NCBI GenBank assembly: GCA_044376115.1
Contig: JBILLK010000004.1
Location: 96,001-160,000, forward strand
Direction: 5' to 3'
DNA from: Polyangiaceae bacterium
GTDB taxonomy: Bacteria > Myxococcota_A > Polyangia > Polyangiales > Polyangiaceae
DNA length: 64,000 bases
Shown here: positions 10,640 through 20,594 of the stretch, one piece after another
Position numbering within the stretch: position 1 is the first letter of the stretch
Layout of the letters: every line of letters starts with the position of its first letter
Translations under genes and position numbers: made by a program
Notes under the pieces: model-generated
What the model saw: the letters and a program-made list of their open reading frames with translations, nothing else
What the model was told of the DNA's origin: nothing
The model's database searches: none

Positions 10640-12826
10640 CTACGAAGTGCCGAGCAGACGCCGCATCAACGGCGGTAGCCGCTTCGGATCACAAGGACTT
10701 TTTGTAGCGTTTCCGAACACGACCGCGCTCATCACGCAGGAGCCTGCTCGCGGCAGGTGGTCCATCCAATACAGGTCGAAGCGGTCGGCGATCGGCAGGC
10801 GTCGAAGGAACGGCTCCATCGGCAAGACGAGCCCTTCACGCCAGCGAGCGAGATAGGTCACGTTGGCCAGCCGCAGGTTGCTCATCAGCCCGATACGCCG
10901 CCGCACTCCCGTCGGGCTCGGTCCGGTATGGTCGATGAACTCAACGGTTTGCTGCTCGCCGTACATATCGGGCTCGGTCCGCTCCACGGTCACCAGCGTC
11001 CACAGCGAAAGCGGGCGCAGAGCGCGCAACAGAGCCCGCGTCATTTGCTCGAACTCGGCCAAATCGGCTTCGGCGCGCGCCTCGTTGTATTGACCGTGCG
11101 CGAAGGAGTTGCGCTCGGCTTGCAGCAAGTTCGACAGCGTGTCGAAGGTTTGATTCTCGGTAAGTTTTACGCCGAGCACCTCACGCGCCATGGTCGCCAC
11201 CGGATCGCTGCGACCTTCTAGCCCGAGGGCAGCGTACCGCGCCAACTCCCGCCACGTACCGAGCGCATAGCCGTCTCGCGTACCGTTCCGCTTAAGAAAA
11301 TCCTGCAGGCTCGCCATCGCCTGGGGGTGCCCTTCCCCGGGGCTCGAAAGGAACGCGGAGCACAGCACCGCCGCCATGAAGCGCCAGGTCCCCTCGAGCA
11401 CGTCAAACAGCATCTTGACCCGCTCGACACCGCTGCGTGCGCTCGACAGGGCCGCCACGCGACCTGCGACCGGGTAAGGCAAACCACCGCCGAGGCTCGA
11501 AAGAACGCCGCTCGCGTCGGCACATTCGCGCGAGAGTTCACGCGCCCGCACCTGCGGATTGGCGCTGGCAACATCGGCGCAGACCTCCCACGAGAGCGCG
11601 CGCGGTAGCTCGGCGCGACCGTCGATCACCGGCGGGCGAGCGTGCCAGTCGCACTGAATCGAGTAGCCAAAGGCCGCAGGCTCCTGCTTGCGTGGCAAAG
11701 CAGCACCGATCACCCCGCGAGCGAGCGGTGCAACCACGACCCCGCTGCCGCCCTTCGACTTGACGACGGCCGCGAGCTCCTCTTCGAGGCCGGCCAGGAC
11801 GTGTTTGCCAACCGAGTCGAGCGCGTGTTGCTCCTCGATCCCGAAGAGCAAGGTCACCCGCTTGTCACTGCGCGCCGCTTCGAGCAGCTGTTCCGCGGTA
11901 CCGATCTCCACCCCGGCGCCATCGCGCAACCGGGCAAAGCCGTCGGAATCGGGGCTCGACTGACGTTGCAAGATCGCCGAAAGCGCGAGTTCCAGCTCGC
12001 GGCCGGAACTCTCAGCGCCTGCGCCACGTAGCGGCCAAAGACCGAGCACGGCTTTGCCGGTCATTCGCTGGACGATCGCGTCGCAGTCCGACTCTTGAGG
12101 GACCATCATGAACACGGCGTCCTCAAACAAGGCCAGCGGAGCCGAAGGCAGGATGCGATGCAGCTCGAGCGCGAGCTTCGCGAGCGGTGGGTACTCCCGC
12201 TGCCCGACCTCGTTGCTTGCAGCGCTGGCTAGGTCTCGCGGCGTCGCGACGATCAAAACGGGGCGCTTGTCCGACTTGCGGCGCAACGCGATGCCGACCT
12301 CGAGCTCCAGCCCCGTGCGAGCGAGCAGCCCGGTCACCGGATCAATGGCGCCGCTGGGCACGCTGAAGGTCACGTACCGGCGATCCGCGAAGATGGCCCG
12401 CATACCACCGACGATCACGCACGCACCGTGAACGAGCGGAGCCGATTCGGACTTACCCAGGCTGAGCGACCCAACTTCTACCGGGACGCTGCACTCTTCA
12501 CGGCGGGTGATCCACCAGCGGACACCGTCGTAGCGGAATGTGGCTGCCAAGCGCGAGGCGACGTCGGCGAACACGAGATCGTTCACCTCGTCCCCCACTT
12601 GCGGGGCCCGGCCCAGTTTGACCATCCGCTTGAGGCCCTCGCTGCGCTCGAGCCTCAATTCGTGAACGCTGCCGTCGCGCGCGTCGATGCGCAGGCGGTC
12701 CGGGGCGTCCACTTCACCACGCCATATCGAAAGCGCCCACGACTCCTCGGTGAGCCACATGGTCGCGGCTTGGGGCTGACGCCCTGCATCGGCTGCGGCA
12801 TCCCCAGCTTTCTCAGCTTCATCCAT
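10640..12826 (-). CDS. Multidomain protein: FHA-like, degenerate GGDEF-like, C-terminal region with a HEPN-like RxxxxH motif
   Basis: KLGRAP...DVASRLAA (FHA GR/SR), IDPVTGLLAR (GGDEF N-terminal motif), LPYPVA...LGTWREL...ERNSFAHG. Start uncertain (about 12760-12880). Confidence 0.6.
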   Translation of the reverse strand: MDEAEKAGDAAADAGRQPQAATMWLTEESWALSIWRGEVDAPDRLRIDARDGSVHELRLERSEGLKRMVKLGRAPQVGDEVNDLVFADVASRLAATFRYDGVRWWITRREECSVPVEVGSLSLGKSESAPLVHGACVIVGGMRAIFADRRYVTFSVPSGAIDPVTGLLARTGLELEVGIALRRKSDKRPVLIVATPRDLASAASNEVGQREYPPLAKLALELHRILPSAPLALFEDAVFMMVPQESDCDAIVQRMTGKAVLGLWPLRGAGAESSGRELELALSAILQRQSSPDSDGFARLRDGAGVEIGTAEQLLEAARSDKRVTLLFGIEEQHALDSVGKHVLAGLEEELAAVVKSKGGSGVVVAPLARGVIGAALPRKQEPAAFGYSIQCDWHARPPVIDGRAELPRALSWEVCADVASANPQVRARELSRECADASGVLSSLGGGLPYPVAGRVAALSSARSGVERVKMLFDVLEGTWRFMAAVLCSAFLSSPGEGHPQAMASLQDFLKRNGTRDGYALGTWRELARYAALGLEGRSDPVATMAREVLGVKLTENQTFDTLSNLLQAERNSFAHGQYNEARAEADLAEFEQMTRALLRALRPLSLWTLVTVERTEPDMYGEQQTVEFIDHTGPSPTGVRRRIGLMSNLRLANVTYLARWREGLVLPMEPFLRRLPIADRFDLYWMDHLPRAGSCVMSAVVFGNATKSPCDPKRLPPLMRRLLGTS

Positions 12827-13088
12827 CGATCTGGTCACGCTTTGCACCAAGCCTACCCCGAACCTCATGCATCGGGCCACCGCGACGAGACAGCTTCACG
12901 CTTGGTGATGTCGGACTGAAACGCAGTTTCCAAAAAAAAACCGAACAAACGTCGACGACAGACGTCCAAAACTCCCTGGGCCTTTTTTTGGCTTGGCCCG
13001 ATTGATGGAGAAAGGCGTCCGACAAAACGTGGAAGAAGCTGGTAGATTGAATCTTTCGTCTCGACCTGAGTCACGACCCGAGGGCTTC

Positions 13089-13436
13089 ATGCAGAACAAG
13101 AACAGCAGCCAGCCAATGGCCACCCCTGGCGAGTCCAAGCAGCAACACCTCTTCGTGATCCCGCTCCCGGGCGGGCGAGCGGCAAAAGTCCCGCTCTCGG
13201 TCCTCGAGGGCTTTCTCGCCACAGGGCACGCCCCCGGCCACGATCCGGCGCAGCGTCCAGAGGACGTGACCGCCCACTCGATGAGCGTCGATAGCACCAC
13301 CGGGACGAATATTTGGCACACCGAGTGGGAACTCGGTTCATGCGAATACACCGACGAAAACGGATACCACCAGCAGGCTGTTGCATGGCACAGACATCCC
13401 TTGGGCACCGAATACACCGAGATCTTTACGCAGTGA
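13089..13436 (+). CDS. Small His/Trp-rich protein (115 aa), precursor-peptide-like
   Basis: ORF ends in a GTGA overlap with the next gene; contains EDVTAH followed by ...IWHTEWELGSCEYTDENGYH...WHRHP. Confidence 0.7.
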   Translation: MQNKNSSQPMATPGESKQQHLFVIPLPGGRAAKVPLSVLEGFLATGHAPGHDPAQRPEDVTAHSMSVDSTTGTNIWHTEWELGSCEYTDENGYHQQAVAWHRHPLGTEYTEIFTQ

Positions 13437-14710
13437 CTGACAGGCTTGGGGGGCGCCCGCGTTGGAGCGTCTGGACGGTGCGAGGTTTGGCGGGGGCACT
13501 CAGCCTCGTATCGGGTGCGTGTGTGGCCAACGGCCACCCGCTAGGTGGGGATGGGAACGTCGAGGTGCAGCTGGTCGTTGACGGCCCGCTCTTCGCCACG
13601 GATCTTCTAGACGACGACGGGCTTCCCTCGGGCCCGCGTCAAACACCCAATCGCACCGACGTCGTGTTGCGCATGACCGAGGACACCGAGGTGGCCCACG
13701 GCGCCTACGTGCGGGTTCACGTGGAGCCGCCGGAGGCGCTCACGCTCGGCCCAGCGTTGGATCTCACTGCGGAAGGCGCGCTTGACGAGAACGACGCCGA
13801 GCCGACCTGCAGCCTGCTCGACGGCGCGTTTCAGTGCCGCGCCAACTCCGAAGGTGCGGCGCGCTTCTCGATATCTTCGCCGGCCGATTGGTCTGGCGAG
13901 GCGCGCGTCGTGGTCAGCTTCGCCGCGATCACCGTACCCACCACGGTCGAGGTTCTGCCCGCCGGTCTGCCGGAAGCAGCGACCAATTTCGAGCTGATCG
14001 GCATCTCCGATGGGGAGGAGATCCGACCCACCTTCCTGGCGCTCGGCTGCACGGTCGACGCGCTACCGGAGGATCTCGGAGACAAATGGCCGACAGGTCG
14101 CATCCGCGCTCGCGAGGTGTTCGTGCGGGCAACGCCTCCCGCCGCCGCGCCTACGGTGGTGGAACACGCGCCGGTCGTGATCGAGTCGCTCAGTGGCGAG
14201 GGCGCGCTCTCGCTCGACGAAAGTTGTGAGGAGCGCACGACTCGCTTGCGGGTGCTGCTCGACAAACAGGGTGAGTCGCCCAGGTTCTTCGCCTGCTTCT
14301 CCGACGTCGGAGGCGACGTTCGCTTCGGCATCCAATCGGGCCAAAAGGTAGTCGACCCAGGCCCCCAGATCGCCGTCTCCGCGGAACCACGGCTCTTGCG
14401 CGTTCGAGTCTTGGACGGCAAGTCGATGTTGCCGCAGAGCGATTTCCTCAGCGACGTATTCGAGGTCAGCGCGTTCGACGTGCGGCTTTTGGCGTTGCCG
14501 GTCGACGTCGATCTGGCGCTGCAAGGTACCGAGCAAGCGCTCGTGCTCGAGACGAACTCCGCAACCACCGCACCGCAAGGCGCTCTGCCAGTCACGCTCG
14601 CTGCGGTGCCGCAGCTGCCGGGCACCGCCAAGCTCGTTGTCACCCCTCGACTGCTCGCCGAACCAGCGTGTGAAAGCACGTCGGTCACCGTGCTCGAACC
14701 AAAGTTTTAA
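13433..14710 (+). CDS. Putative lipoprotein with beta-rich (Ig-like) domains
   Basis: GTG start overlapping the upstream stop; LSLVSGAC lipobox; acidic, beta-rich, several Cys. Confidence 0.6.
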   Translation: MTDRLGGRPRWSVWTVRGLAGALSLVSGACVANGHPLGGDGNVEVQLVVDGPLFATDLLDDDGLPSGPRQTPNRTDVVLRMTEDTEVAHGAYVRVHVEPPEALTLGPALDLTAEGALDENDAEPTCSLLDGAFQCRANSEGAARFSISSPADWSGEARVVVSFAAITVPTTVEVLPAGLPEAATNFELIGISDGEEIRPTFLALGCTVDALPEDLGDKWPTGRIRAREVFVRATPPAAAPTVVEHAPVVIESLSGEGALSLDESCEERTTRLRVLLDKQGESPRFFACFSDVGGDVRFGIQSGQKVVDPGPQIAVSAEPRLLRVRVLDGKSMLPQSDFLSDVFEVSAFDVRLLALPVDVDLALQGTEQALVLETNSATTAPQGALPVTLAAVPQLPGTAKLVVTPRLLAEPACESTSVTVLEPKF

Positions 14711-14754
14711 GGCCAACCGTCGTAAGCCGTCTGGTTCCCGATTGGGAGTACCCT

Positions 14755-17076
14755 ATGAAGGTCGCTGTCTCCGCACGCTCGAAAGCGCTGCGTCTTCTCG
14801 TTCTCACACTCAGTTGCTTGTTCGCCGCGGCCCCGGTGTTGCTGCCGGCTTCGGCCCTCGCGCAGGACGATCCTGAAGAGCCGGTGGACGAGCCTTTCGA
14901 GCCGCTCGATGAGCCGGTCGTTCGTCGACCTTCGCCGCTCGCTACCATGCTCGGCATGGGCGACGGGTCGGCAGCGTCCTTCGCCGGCTCGCTGCAGGTG
15001 GTGCGCGCGCCCGGGACCGCGGGAACCTCATCCAAGTTTGGCATCGAGATTTTCCCCGAGGCGAGCCGCGTTTGGATGAACGTGCGCGACACCGATCCGG
15101 TGCCGATCGAGCGCGCGCGCCGAGGCGGCAATTGGCTCTGTACGCAGAAGAATTGCACCGCGGAGGCGGGCTCGGTCGGGCCCTCCGCACAAGGCAACGA
15201 GATCCTGCGTACGATCAAGATTCAAACGCCGACGTTGCCCATCCCGGTGACGATCTGGCGACGCAGCAAGAGCGGCGGCAACCTCGATTTCGATCCGCTG
15301 CTACTCGGTCGCAAGAGCTACGCCCACGTTTGCGCCTACCCGCCGATCGTGAGCGACGACCCCAACGCTCCCACGCGCGATCCGAAGAAGATCGAGATTT
15401 GTAGAGAGGGCAAGCCCGAGCCTTCGAGCGCAGACTCGGCGGACCTGCTACTCGGAATGGAGTGGCCGCGCGAGGCCGAGCTCGCGGGCTTTCGCTTCCT
15501 CGCGATCGTCGACGCCTGCGGCAACGCCCGCGTTCAACCCTTCCAACGCAACTTCACGGTGCCCGTGTTCGAGGTCGCTTCAGGCGGCTGCGGCAAGGCC
15601 GACGGCAAAGTGCTGCGCGTTTTTCCGACGGGCGGCTTTCTGCGCGTGACGGCCTTCAACTTGGAGGCGCCGGCCAGCAGCGACATCATGAACGTGACCT
15701 ACCGCGTGTCGATGCCGTCGCTCGAAAACTACTCCGAGAACGATCCGGCCAAGATGCTGTTTCCGGATCTGCGCCCCAACGATCTTCGCATCGATTGTGG
15801 TCCCGCGCTGCGCCGCGGCCCGGTGGACTCGCAAGGTCGGCCCAAAGGCCCCGGCGGCAACGGCCCGCCCACCGGCACGCAGCCGGTGTGGATGGACCCG
15901 CCGCCGGCCCCCGAACTGAAGGCCCCGGCGAAGGAGCCGCGCGAGCCGACGCCTGGTGAAGAACCTGCGCCCGAGGGCGATAGCGACGCCGAAGCCGCAC
16001 CTCCTCGCGAGAACCTGGTCGAGCGGCCGAAGCCGCCTGCGGGCCCCGCTCCGCCTGCTGGTCCCGCGCCTCCTGGCGCAAAGCCGGCTCCGACCACGCC
16101 TCCGCTTGGCGGTCCCGTGGCCGCTGGCCCGATCTTGGCGCAAACGGGAGAGCCCAGCGCCAAACCTTTGGACCACGGTTCGCTCGTGATCGCGCCAGAG
16201 CCGCTGGCCCAGGGCAACTGCCGCTTGGTGATGAACAGCCAAACCAAATGGCGGCTGGTCGCTCCCCTCGCCTTGCGCGTCGCGATCTACCGCACGGACG
16301 TAAGCTCGCCGGATGGGACTCCGGTCAACCTGCTGCCGGACGACCAAAGCACGTGGATCGTCACGCCCAACGATTCGGAGTTCCCCTTGCCCGCCTTGCG
16401 CGGCCGCTTCGACGGGGACTCGCGCCTGAAGTTGGTGGTGCAGAGTGATCCGCTCAACGCCAACGGCAAGATGGTGCTCGTGGGAGACGCTGGTCGCGTT
16501 GCGGCCGTCCTTCACAACGACGACGCGGGCTCGGACGAGACGCTTTCGCGACGCATGGTGGGCTCGGTGACGATTCACACGGTACCGCTTTGCGGCGAGA
16601 GCAACTTCGAGACACTCGAAGAGGCTGGCAGCTGCATTCGCGCCTACCTCACGGTGCCAGCCATGTTGGCGACCATCCAAATCACGCGCGCACCGTGGGT
16701 CGAAAAGCCGCTGATCACGCGCAGCGTGCTTTCGGCGGTGGGTGTTGCGCTCGCCTTCGATAGCTACGATCCGGTCGAGCGCAGCGCCTTCCCGATCGCC
16801 GGTCAGGTCGGAGGGTTCGTGCAGAACCTCGGAGAAGATCGGGTCGGCTTGCTCGGCTACGTGGGGATCGCGCCCACGCTGCCCATCCTCGGGAGCGGCG
16901 GTAACACGACCTCCTTCGGCTTCTTGGCAGGCGCTGGAATGACCTACATCACCAACGCCGACGGTCCCGACGAGGGCTTCAAGCCGACGGCCTTCCTCTC
17001 CGCCGTCGTGCAGGTCGGCCAAGCCAATCCGGAGATCAGCGGGCAGGCAAGTCTTGGTGCCTACGCGGGGAACTGA
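14755..17076 (+). CDS. Secreted protein with a Pro-rich insert and an amphipathic beta-strand C-terminus
   Basis: GGGAG RBS; signal peptide ending ALA-Q; 773 aa; Cys pairs. Confidence 0.65.
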   Translation: MKVAVSARSKALRLLVLTLSCLFAAAPVLLPASALAQDDPEEPVDEPFEPLDEPVVRRPSPLATMLGMGDGSAASFAGSLQVVRAPGTAGTSSKFGIEIFPEASRVWMNVRDTDPVPIERARRGGNWLCTQKNCTAEAGSVGPSAQGNEILRTIKIQTPTLPIPVTIWRRSKSGGNLDFDPLLLGRKSYAHVCAYPPIVSDDPNAPTRDPKKIEICREGKPEPSSADSADLLLGMEWPREAELAGFRFLAIVDACGNARVQPFQRNFTVPVFEVASGGCGKADGKVLRVFPTGGFLRVTAFNLEAPASSDIMNVTYRVSMPSLENYSENDPAKMLFPDLRPNDLRIDCGPALRRGPVDSQGRPKGPGGNGPPTGTQPVWMDPPPAPELKAPAKEPREPTPGEEPAPEGDSDAEAAPPRENLVERPKPPAGPAPPAGPAPPGAKPAPTTPPLGGPVAAGPILAQTGEPSAKPLDHGSLVIAPEPLAQGNCRLVMNSQTKWRLVAPLALRVAIYRTDVSSPDGTPVNLLPDDQSTWIVTPNDSEFPLPALRGRFDGDSRLKLVVQSDPLNANGKMVLVGDAGRVAAVLHNDDAGSDETLSRRMVGSVTIHTVPLCGESNFETLEEAGSCIRAYLTVPAMLATIQITRAPWVEKPLITRSVLSAVGVALAFDSYDPVERSAFPIAGQVGGFVQNLGEDRVGLLGYVGIAPTLPILGSGGNTTSFGFLAGAGMTYITNADGPDEGFKPTAFLSAVVQVGQANPEISGQASLGAYAGN

Positions 17077-17133
17077 GTGACGGCTCAAGGCTGACGGGCT
17101 ATGGCGGTGGGACGTGGCTTGCCACGGCCCACG

Positions 17134-17931
17134 ATGACCCGCGTACTGATACCCCTACCCGACCGCGACTTCGACGTGACGGAGGTCGCCGTGCCTTGGC
17201 GGCTGCTGACGCGTCGTGACATTGAGGTTGTGTTCGCGACGCCCCAAGGTGGAATCGCTGCAGCCGATCCGTTGTTGCTCACCGGGGTGATCTTCGGGCA
17301 GCTAGGTGCGGAGCCCGAGGCCAAGGCCTTCTACGAGCAGATGACGCGGGTGAAGGCGTTTCAAAGCCCTCTCCGCTACGACGCCATCGAGTGGGAGTCG
17401 TTTGACGGGCTGCTGCTCCCCGGCGGTCACGCCAAGGGCATGCGTCCGTATTTGGAGTCGACCGAACTGCGCGCTGGCGTGCGTGAATTTTGGGCCTTGC
17501 GGCGGCCGGTCGCGGCGATCTGTCACGGGGTGCTCGTACTAGCGCGCACGGTCGTGCCGGAGACAGGGCGCAGCGTGCTCTTCGATCGCCGGACGACCTG
17601 CCTCCCCGCTTATATGGAGAAGGCCGCACATCTAGCGACGTTCTGGAAGCTCGGGGACTACTACCGCACCTACCCCGTCACGGTCGAAGAGGAGGTCGTG
17701 CAAGCTCTCGCGCACCACGAGCAATTCGTCCGCGGGCCGATCACGCTGTTCAGCAAAGGCAAAGAGCACGACGCTTCGGCCGCCTTCGTCGTGGATGACG
17801 GCCACTACCTCTCGGCGCGCTGGCCTGGTGACGCGTACAAGCTGGCGACGCTGTTCGCCGACAAGTTGATCGCACGCCAAGGTCGAGCAAGCTTCCGCGG
17901 TCTCGACCGCCGTCCCCCGGGCGCTCTTTGA
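17134..17931 (+). CDS. DJ-1/PfpI (class I glutamine amidotransferase-like) protein
   Basis: DFDVTEVAVP, LLLPGGH, VAAICHG, SARWPGD. Confidence 0.85.
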   Translation: MTRVLIPLPDRDFDVTEVAVPWRLLTRRDIEVVFATPQGGIAAADPLLLTGVIFGQLGAEPEAKAFYEQMTRVKAFQSPLRYDAIEWESFDGLLLPGGHAKGMRPYLESTELRAGVREFWALRRPVAAICHGVLVLARTVVPETGRSVLFDRRTTCLPAYMEKAAHLATFWKLGDYYRTYPVTVEEEVVQALAHHEQFVRGPITLFSKGKEHDASAAFVVDDGHYLSARWPGDAYKLATLFADKLIARQGRASFRGLDRRPPGAL

Positions 17932-19043
17932 TGCAGAACCTTCGTTTTTGTGTACGTGCGCTCGCGGCTCGCAGCGTAGACATCGCCTTGGTCGAGCCGT
18001 TCGCGATCGCGGGTGGAGCGCAGCACAGCGCGCGCAACGTGCTGGTGTCGCTCGAGCTTGGCAGCGGCGTTCGCGGACTGGGAGAAGCGGCGCCGTTCCC
18101 CGTCGTCAGCGGCGAGACGCAAGAGACGAGCTTGGCGGCGATCGAACGCGTGAAGTCGCTGCTGATCGGGCAGGACGTCCGGGGCTATCGCCTGCTCAGC
18201 GAAAAGCTCGATGCAGCGCTCGGCGAACAACGCGCTGCTCTCGCGGGCATCGAGCACGCCCTCTTCGACGCGCTCACGCGCGAGCTCGGCATCTCGCTGG
18301 CGGACTTCTTCGGAGGGGCGCGCGCGGGCGTGAGCACCGACATCACCATCACGGCCTCGACCGTCGAGCACGCGCGCAAAGCCGCGCAGGACGCGGTCGC
18401 GAAAGGCTTCGGCGAACTCAAGGTGAAGGTCGGTGGCCAGGATCCCGAGTTCGATCTCGAGCGCCTTTTGGCGATCGCGGAGTCGAGCCCGCGCAGCCTG
18501 ATGCTCGACGCAAACGGTGGTTACAGCGAGCAGGCGGCGGCGTTCCTTTTGCGCGAGTTGCGTAAGCGAGAGCTACCGGTGACGCTGTTCGAGGAGCCGC
18601 TCGCGCGCGGTGATCTCGACGGGCTCTCGCGCCTCGCTGAGTTCGGAGTGCCGCTCGCAGCGGACGAATCGGCGCGCAGCGTGGCCGACGTGGTGGAGCT
18701 CGGTCGCGCCAAGTGCGTGCAGTTCGTCAACCTGAAGGTGCAAAAGACAGGCGTACTCGGAGCGCTCGCGATCGCTGAGGTCGCCCGCGGGCTCGGGCTC
18801 GGGCTGATGATGGGCGGCATGGTCGAGAGCGAGATCGGGATGACCTTCTCGGCGCAGCTCGCGAGCGGGCTCGGCGGCGTGCGCTTCGTCGATCTCGATA
18901 CGCCGTTCTGGTTTCGTGCGCCGCTGACCCACGAGGGCTATCGCACGCAAGGCTCCCGCATCTTGATCGACTACGAGAAGCCCGGTCTCGGGCTGACTGC
19001 GCTAACGTTGCACCAGCCGCACTTGCCGCAAACGGAAGCCTGA
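17928..19043 (+). CDS. Dipeptide epimerase (enolase superfamily, MLE subgroup)
   Basis: GLGEAAP, KVKVG, LDANGGY, EEP, ADES and DLD motifs. Confidence 0.88.
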   Translation: MMQNLRFCVRALAARSVDIALVEPFAIAGGAQHSARNVLVSLELGSGVRGLGEAAPFPVVSGETQETSLAAIERVKSLLIGQDVRGYRLLSEKLDAALGEQRAALAGIEHALFDALTRELGISLADFFGGARAGVSTDITITASTVEHARKAAQDAVAKGFGELKVKVGGQDPEFDLERLLAIAESSPRSLMLDANGGYSEQAAAFLLRELRKRELPVTLFEEPLARGDLDGLSRLAEFGVPLAADESARSVADVVELGRAKCVQFVNLKVQKTGVLGALAIAEVARGLGLGLMMGGMVESEIGMTFSAQLASGLGGVRFVDLDTPFWFRAPLTHEGYRTQGSRILIDYEKPGLGLTALTLHQPHLPQTEA

Positions 19044-19124
19044 GCGGCCAAACGGCTCGGCCGCGCGTAGGGAGGGAGATCGCCCGACCTCGCCGTAAAG
19101 AACGCGTTCCCCAAGGACTCTTCA

Positions 19125-20558
19125 ATGCAACACGACCCCACGCAGCCTCAGCCTAGCGACCCCTCGCAACCTCAACCGCAGCAAGCCGGAGGTGCACCAA
19201 ACGGTCCGCCCGATGCCGGCAACGCCCCGCAGGGCTACGCTCAGCCGCAGACCTACGGTGCTCCGAGTCAGCCGCCGCAGGCCTACGGGGCGACAGCGCC
19301 AGGGTATGGGCCGCCGCCCGGTCAGCAAGGCTACAGCCAGCCTCCTCAAGCCTACGGGGCAACAGCGCCGGGCTACGGGCCGCCGCCGGGTCAGCAAGGC
19401 TACAGCCAACCGCCGCAAGCCTACGGGGCGCAGGGCTACGGGCCTCAGGGTTACGGTCAGCCGCAGGCCTACGGTCAGCCGCAGGCCTACGGTCAGCCTC
19501 AGGGTTACGGGCCGGGTGCGTACGGCCAGGCCGCGGTTGCCAAGCCACCATCCTGGGCGATCGGCGCAGCCGTCGGCGCGGCCAGCACCGGCGCGATGGC
19601 CTTCCTCTACATTGGCATCTACGGCGGCCGCGCCGTTGGGGAAGCGGTGTTGGCGCTGCTTGCCTTGACGGTAGGAGCCGCCATTGCGGCGACGGTCGGA
19701 GGCATCTCGGCGATTCGTGCCAAACAGGTGCGCTTCGGAGCTGGCACGCTAGCCCTTGCTGGCTTCGGTGTGCTCGCTGGTGGTGGCGGAGTGTTGATGG
19801 ACCATCTCTGGCGGGAGAGCCAGAAGTCGAAGTACTCCAGCTACGACACCGACTACACGCCCTACAAGAGCGACGACGGCAGCAAGAAGAGCGGGTCCAA
19901 AACGGATTCCAAAGCGGACTCGAAGCCGGCTCAAGCACCGGCCGAAGCACCGGTTGCCAACACGCGGCAGGGCGCGTTCCGTTTGGGCGACAAGCTCGGC
20001 CTGGCGGTGCTCGGAAGGGCCCGCGGTCAAGCAGCCGCAGGAGAGCGAACCTTCGCGTCGTTGCAACCGCTCGCCGCCGAACTCGGGCTGACGCTGCCCC
20101 CGCTGCCGAAGCTGACCGGCGACGACACCGGCGACACAGCCGACGCGATGCACTACCTGCTGGATACGGTCGGAAAGTCCGGGGTCTCGACCCTGAGCAC
20201 GAAGCACAGTCAGGCCCACGCGGCTGCGTTCGAGTTGGGCCTCAAGCTCAACCTGCTCAACCTGTTGTACCTGCCCAACGACAGCTTGGGGCAGGGCATC
20301 GGTGGAACCTGCGCCTCTTTGGCGAAGTCGGCGGGCGTGGCGGACTCGACGATGGCGCCGCTGATGTCGAAGATCCGCGCCAATGCTAGCCAGGACTCGG
20401 TTGGGGCGAGCGTGGAACAGGTTGGTGACGCCATCGACCGCGAGCTCGCGACCGCGGCGGCCTTGCCTCCGCCTGCGCCGACGCCTGCAGCTGCTCCGCC
20501 GCCCGCCAGACCGAAGCCGCGCCGGCCTCCGCCGCGCTTCGACGGCAACATGCCGTGA
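19125..20558 (+). CDS. Membrane protein with a Pro/Gln/Gly/Tyr repeat N-terminus
   Basis: PQAYG repeats, three hydrophobic segments, helical C-terminal domain. Confidence 0.65.
   Translation: MQHDPTQPQPSDPSQPQPQQAGGAPNGPPDAGNAPQGYAQPQTYGAPSQPPQAYGATAPGYGPPPGQQGYSQPPQAYGATAPGYGPPPGQQGYSQPPQAYGAQGYGPQGYGQPQAYGQPQAYGQPQGYGPGAYGQAAVAKPPSWAIGAAVGAASTGAMAFLYIGIYGGRAVGEAVLALLALTVGAAIAATVGGISAIRAKQVRFGAGTLALAGFGVLAGGGGVLMDHLWRESQKSKYSSYDTDYTPYKSDDGSKKSGSKTDSKADSKPAQAPAEAPVANTRQGAFRLGDKLGLAVLGRARGQAAAGERTFASLQPLAAELGLTLPPLPKLTGDDTGDTADAMHYLLDTVGKSGVSTLSTKHSQAHAAAFELGLKLNLLNLLYLPNDSLGQGIGGTCASLAKSAGVADSTMAPLMSKIRANASQDSVGASVEQVGDAIDRELATAAALPPPAPTPAAAPPPARPKPRRPPPRFDGNMP
19269..19510 (+). repeat. Coding tandem repeats (69-bp [23 protein letters not shown] x2 plus a partial copy; 18-bp GQPQAY units)
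   Basis: Read directly from the DNA and the translation. Confidence 0.85.
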
Positions 20559-20594
20559 CGGCAACACGGGCGGGCTGATTGCACCGCGCCCTGC

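Noticed and set aside
19269..19510. Tandem repeats as a possible CRISPR array (also 32047-32135 and 63340-63500)
   Set aside because: In-frame coding repeats without unique spacers; no cas genes.
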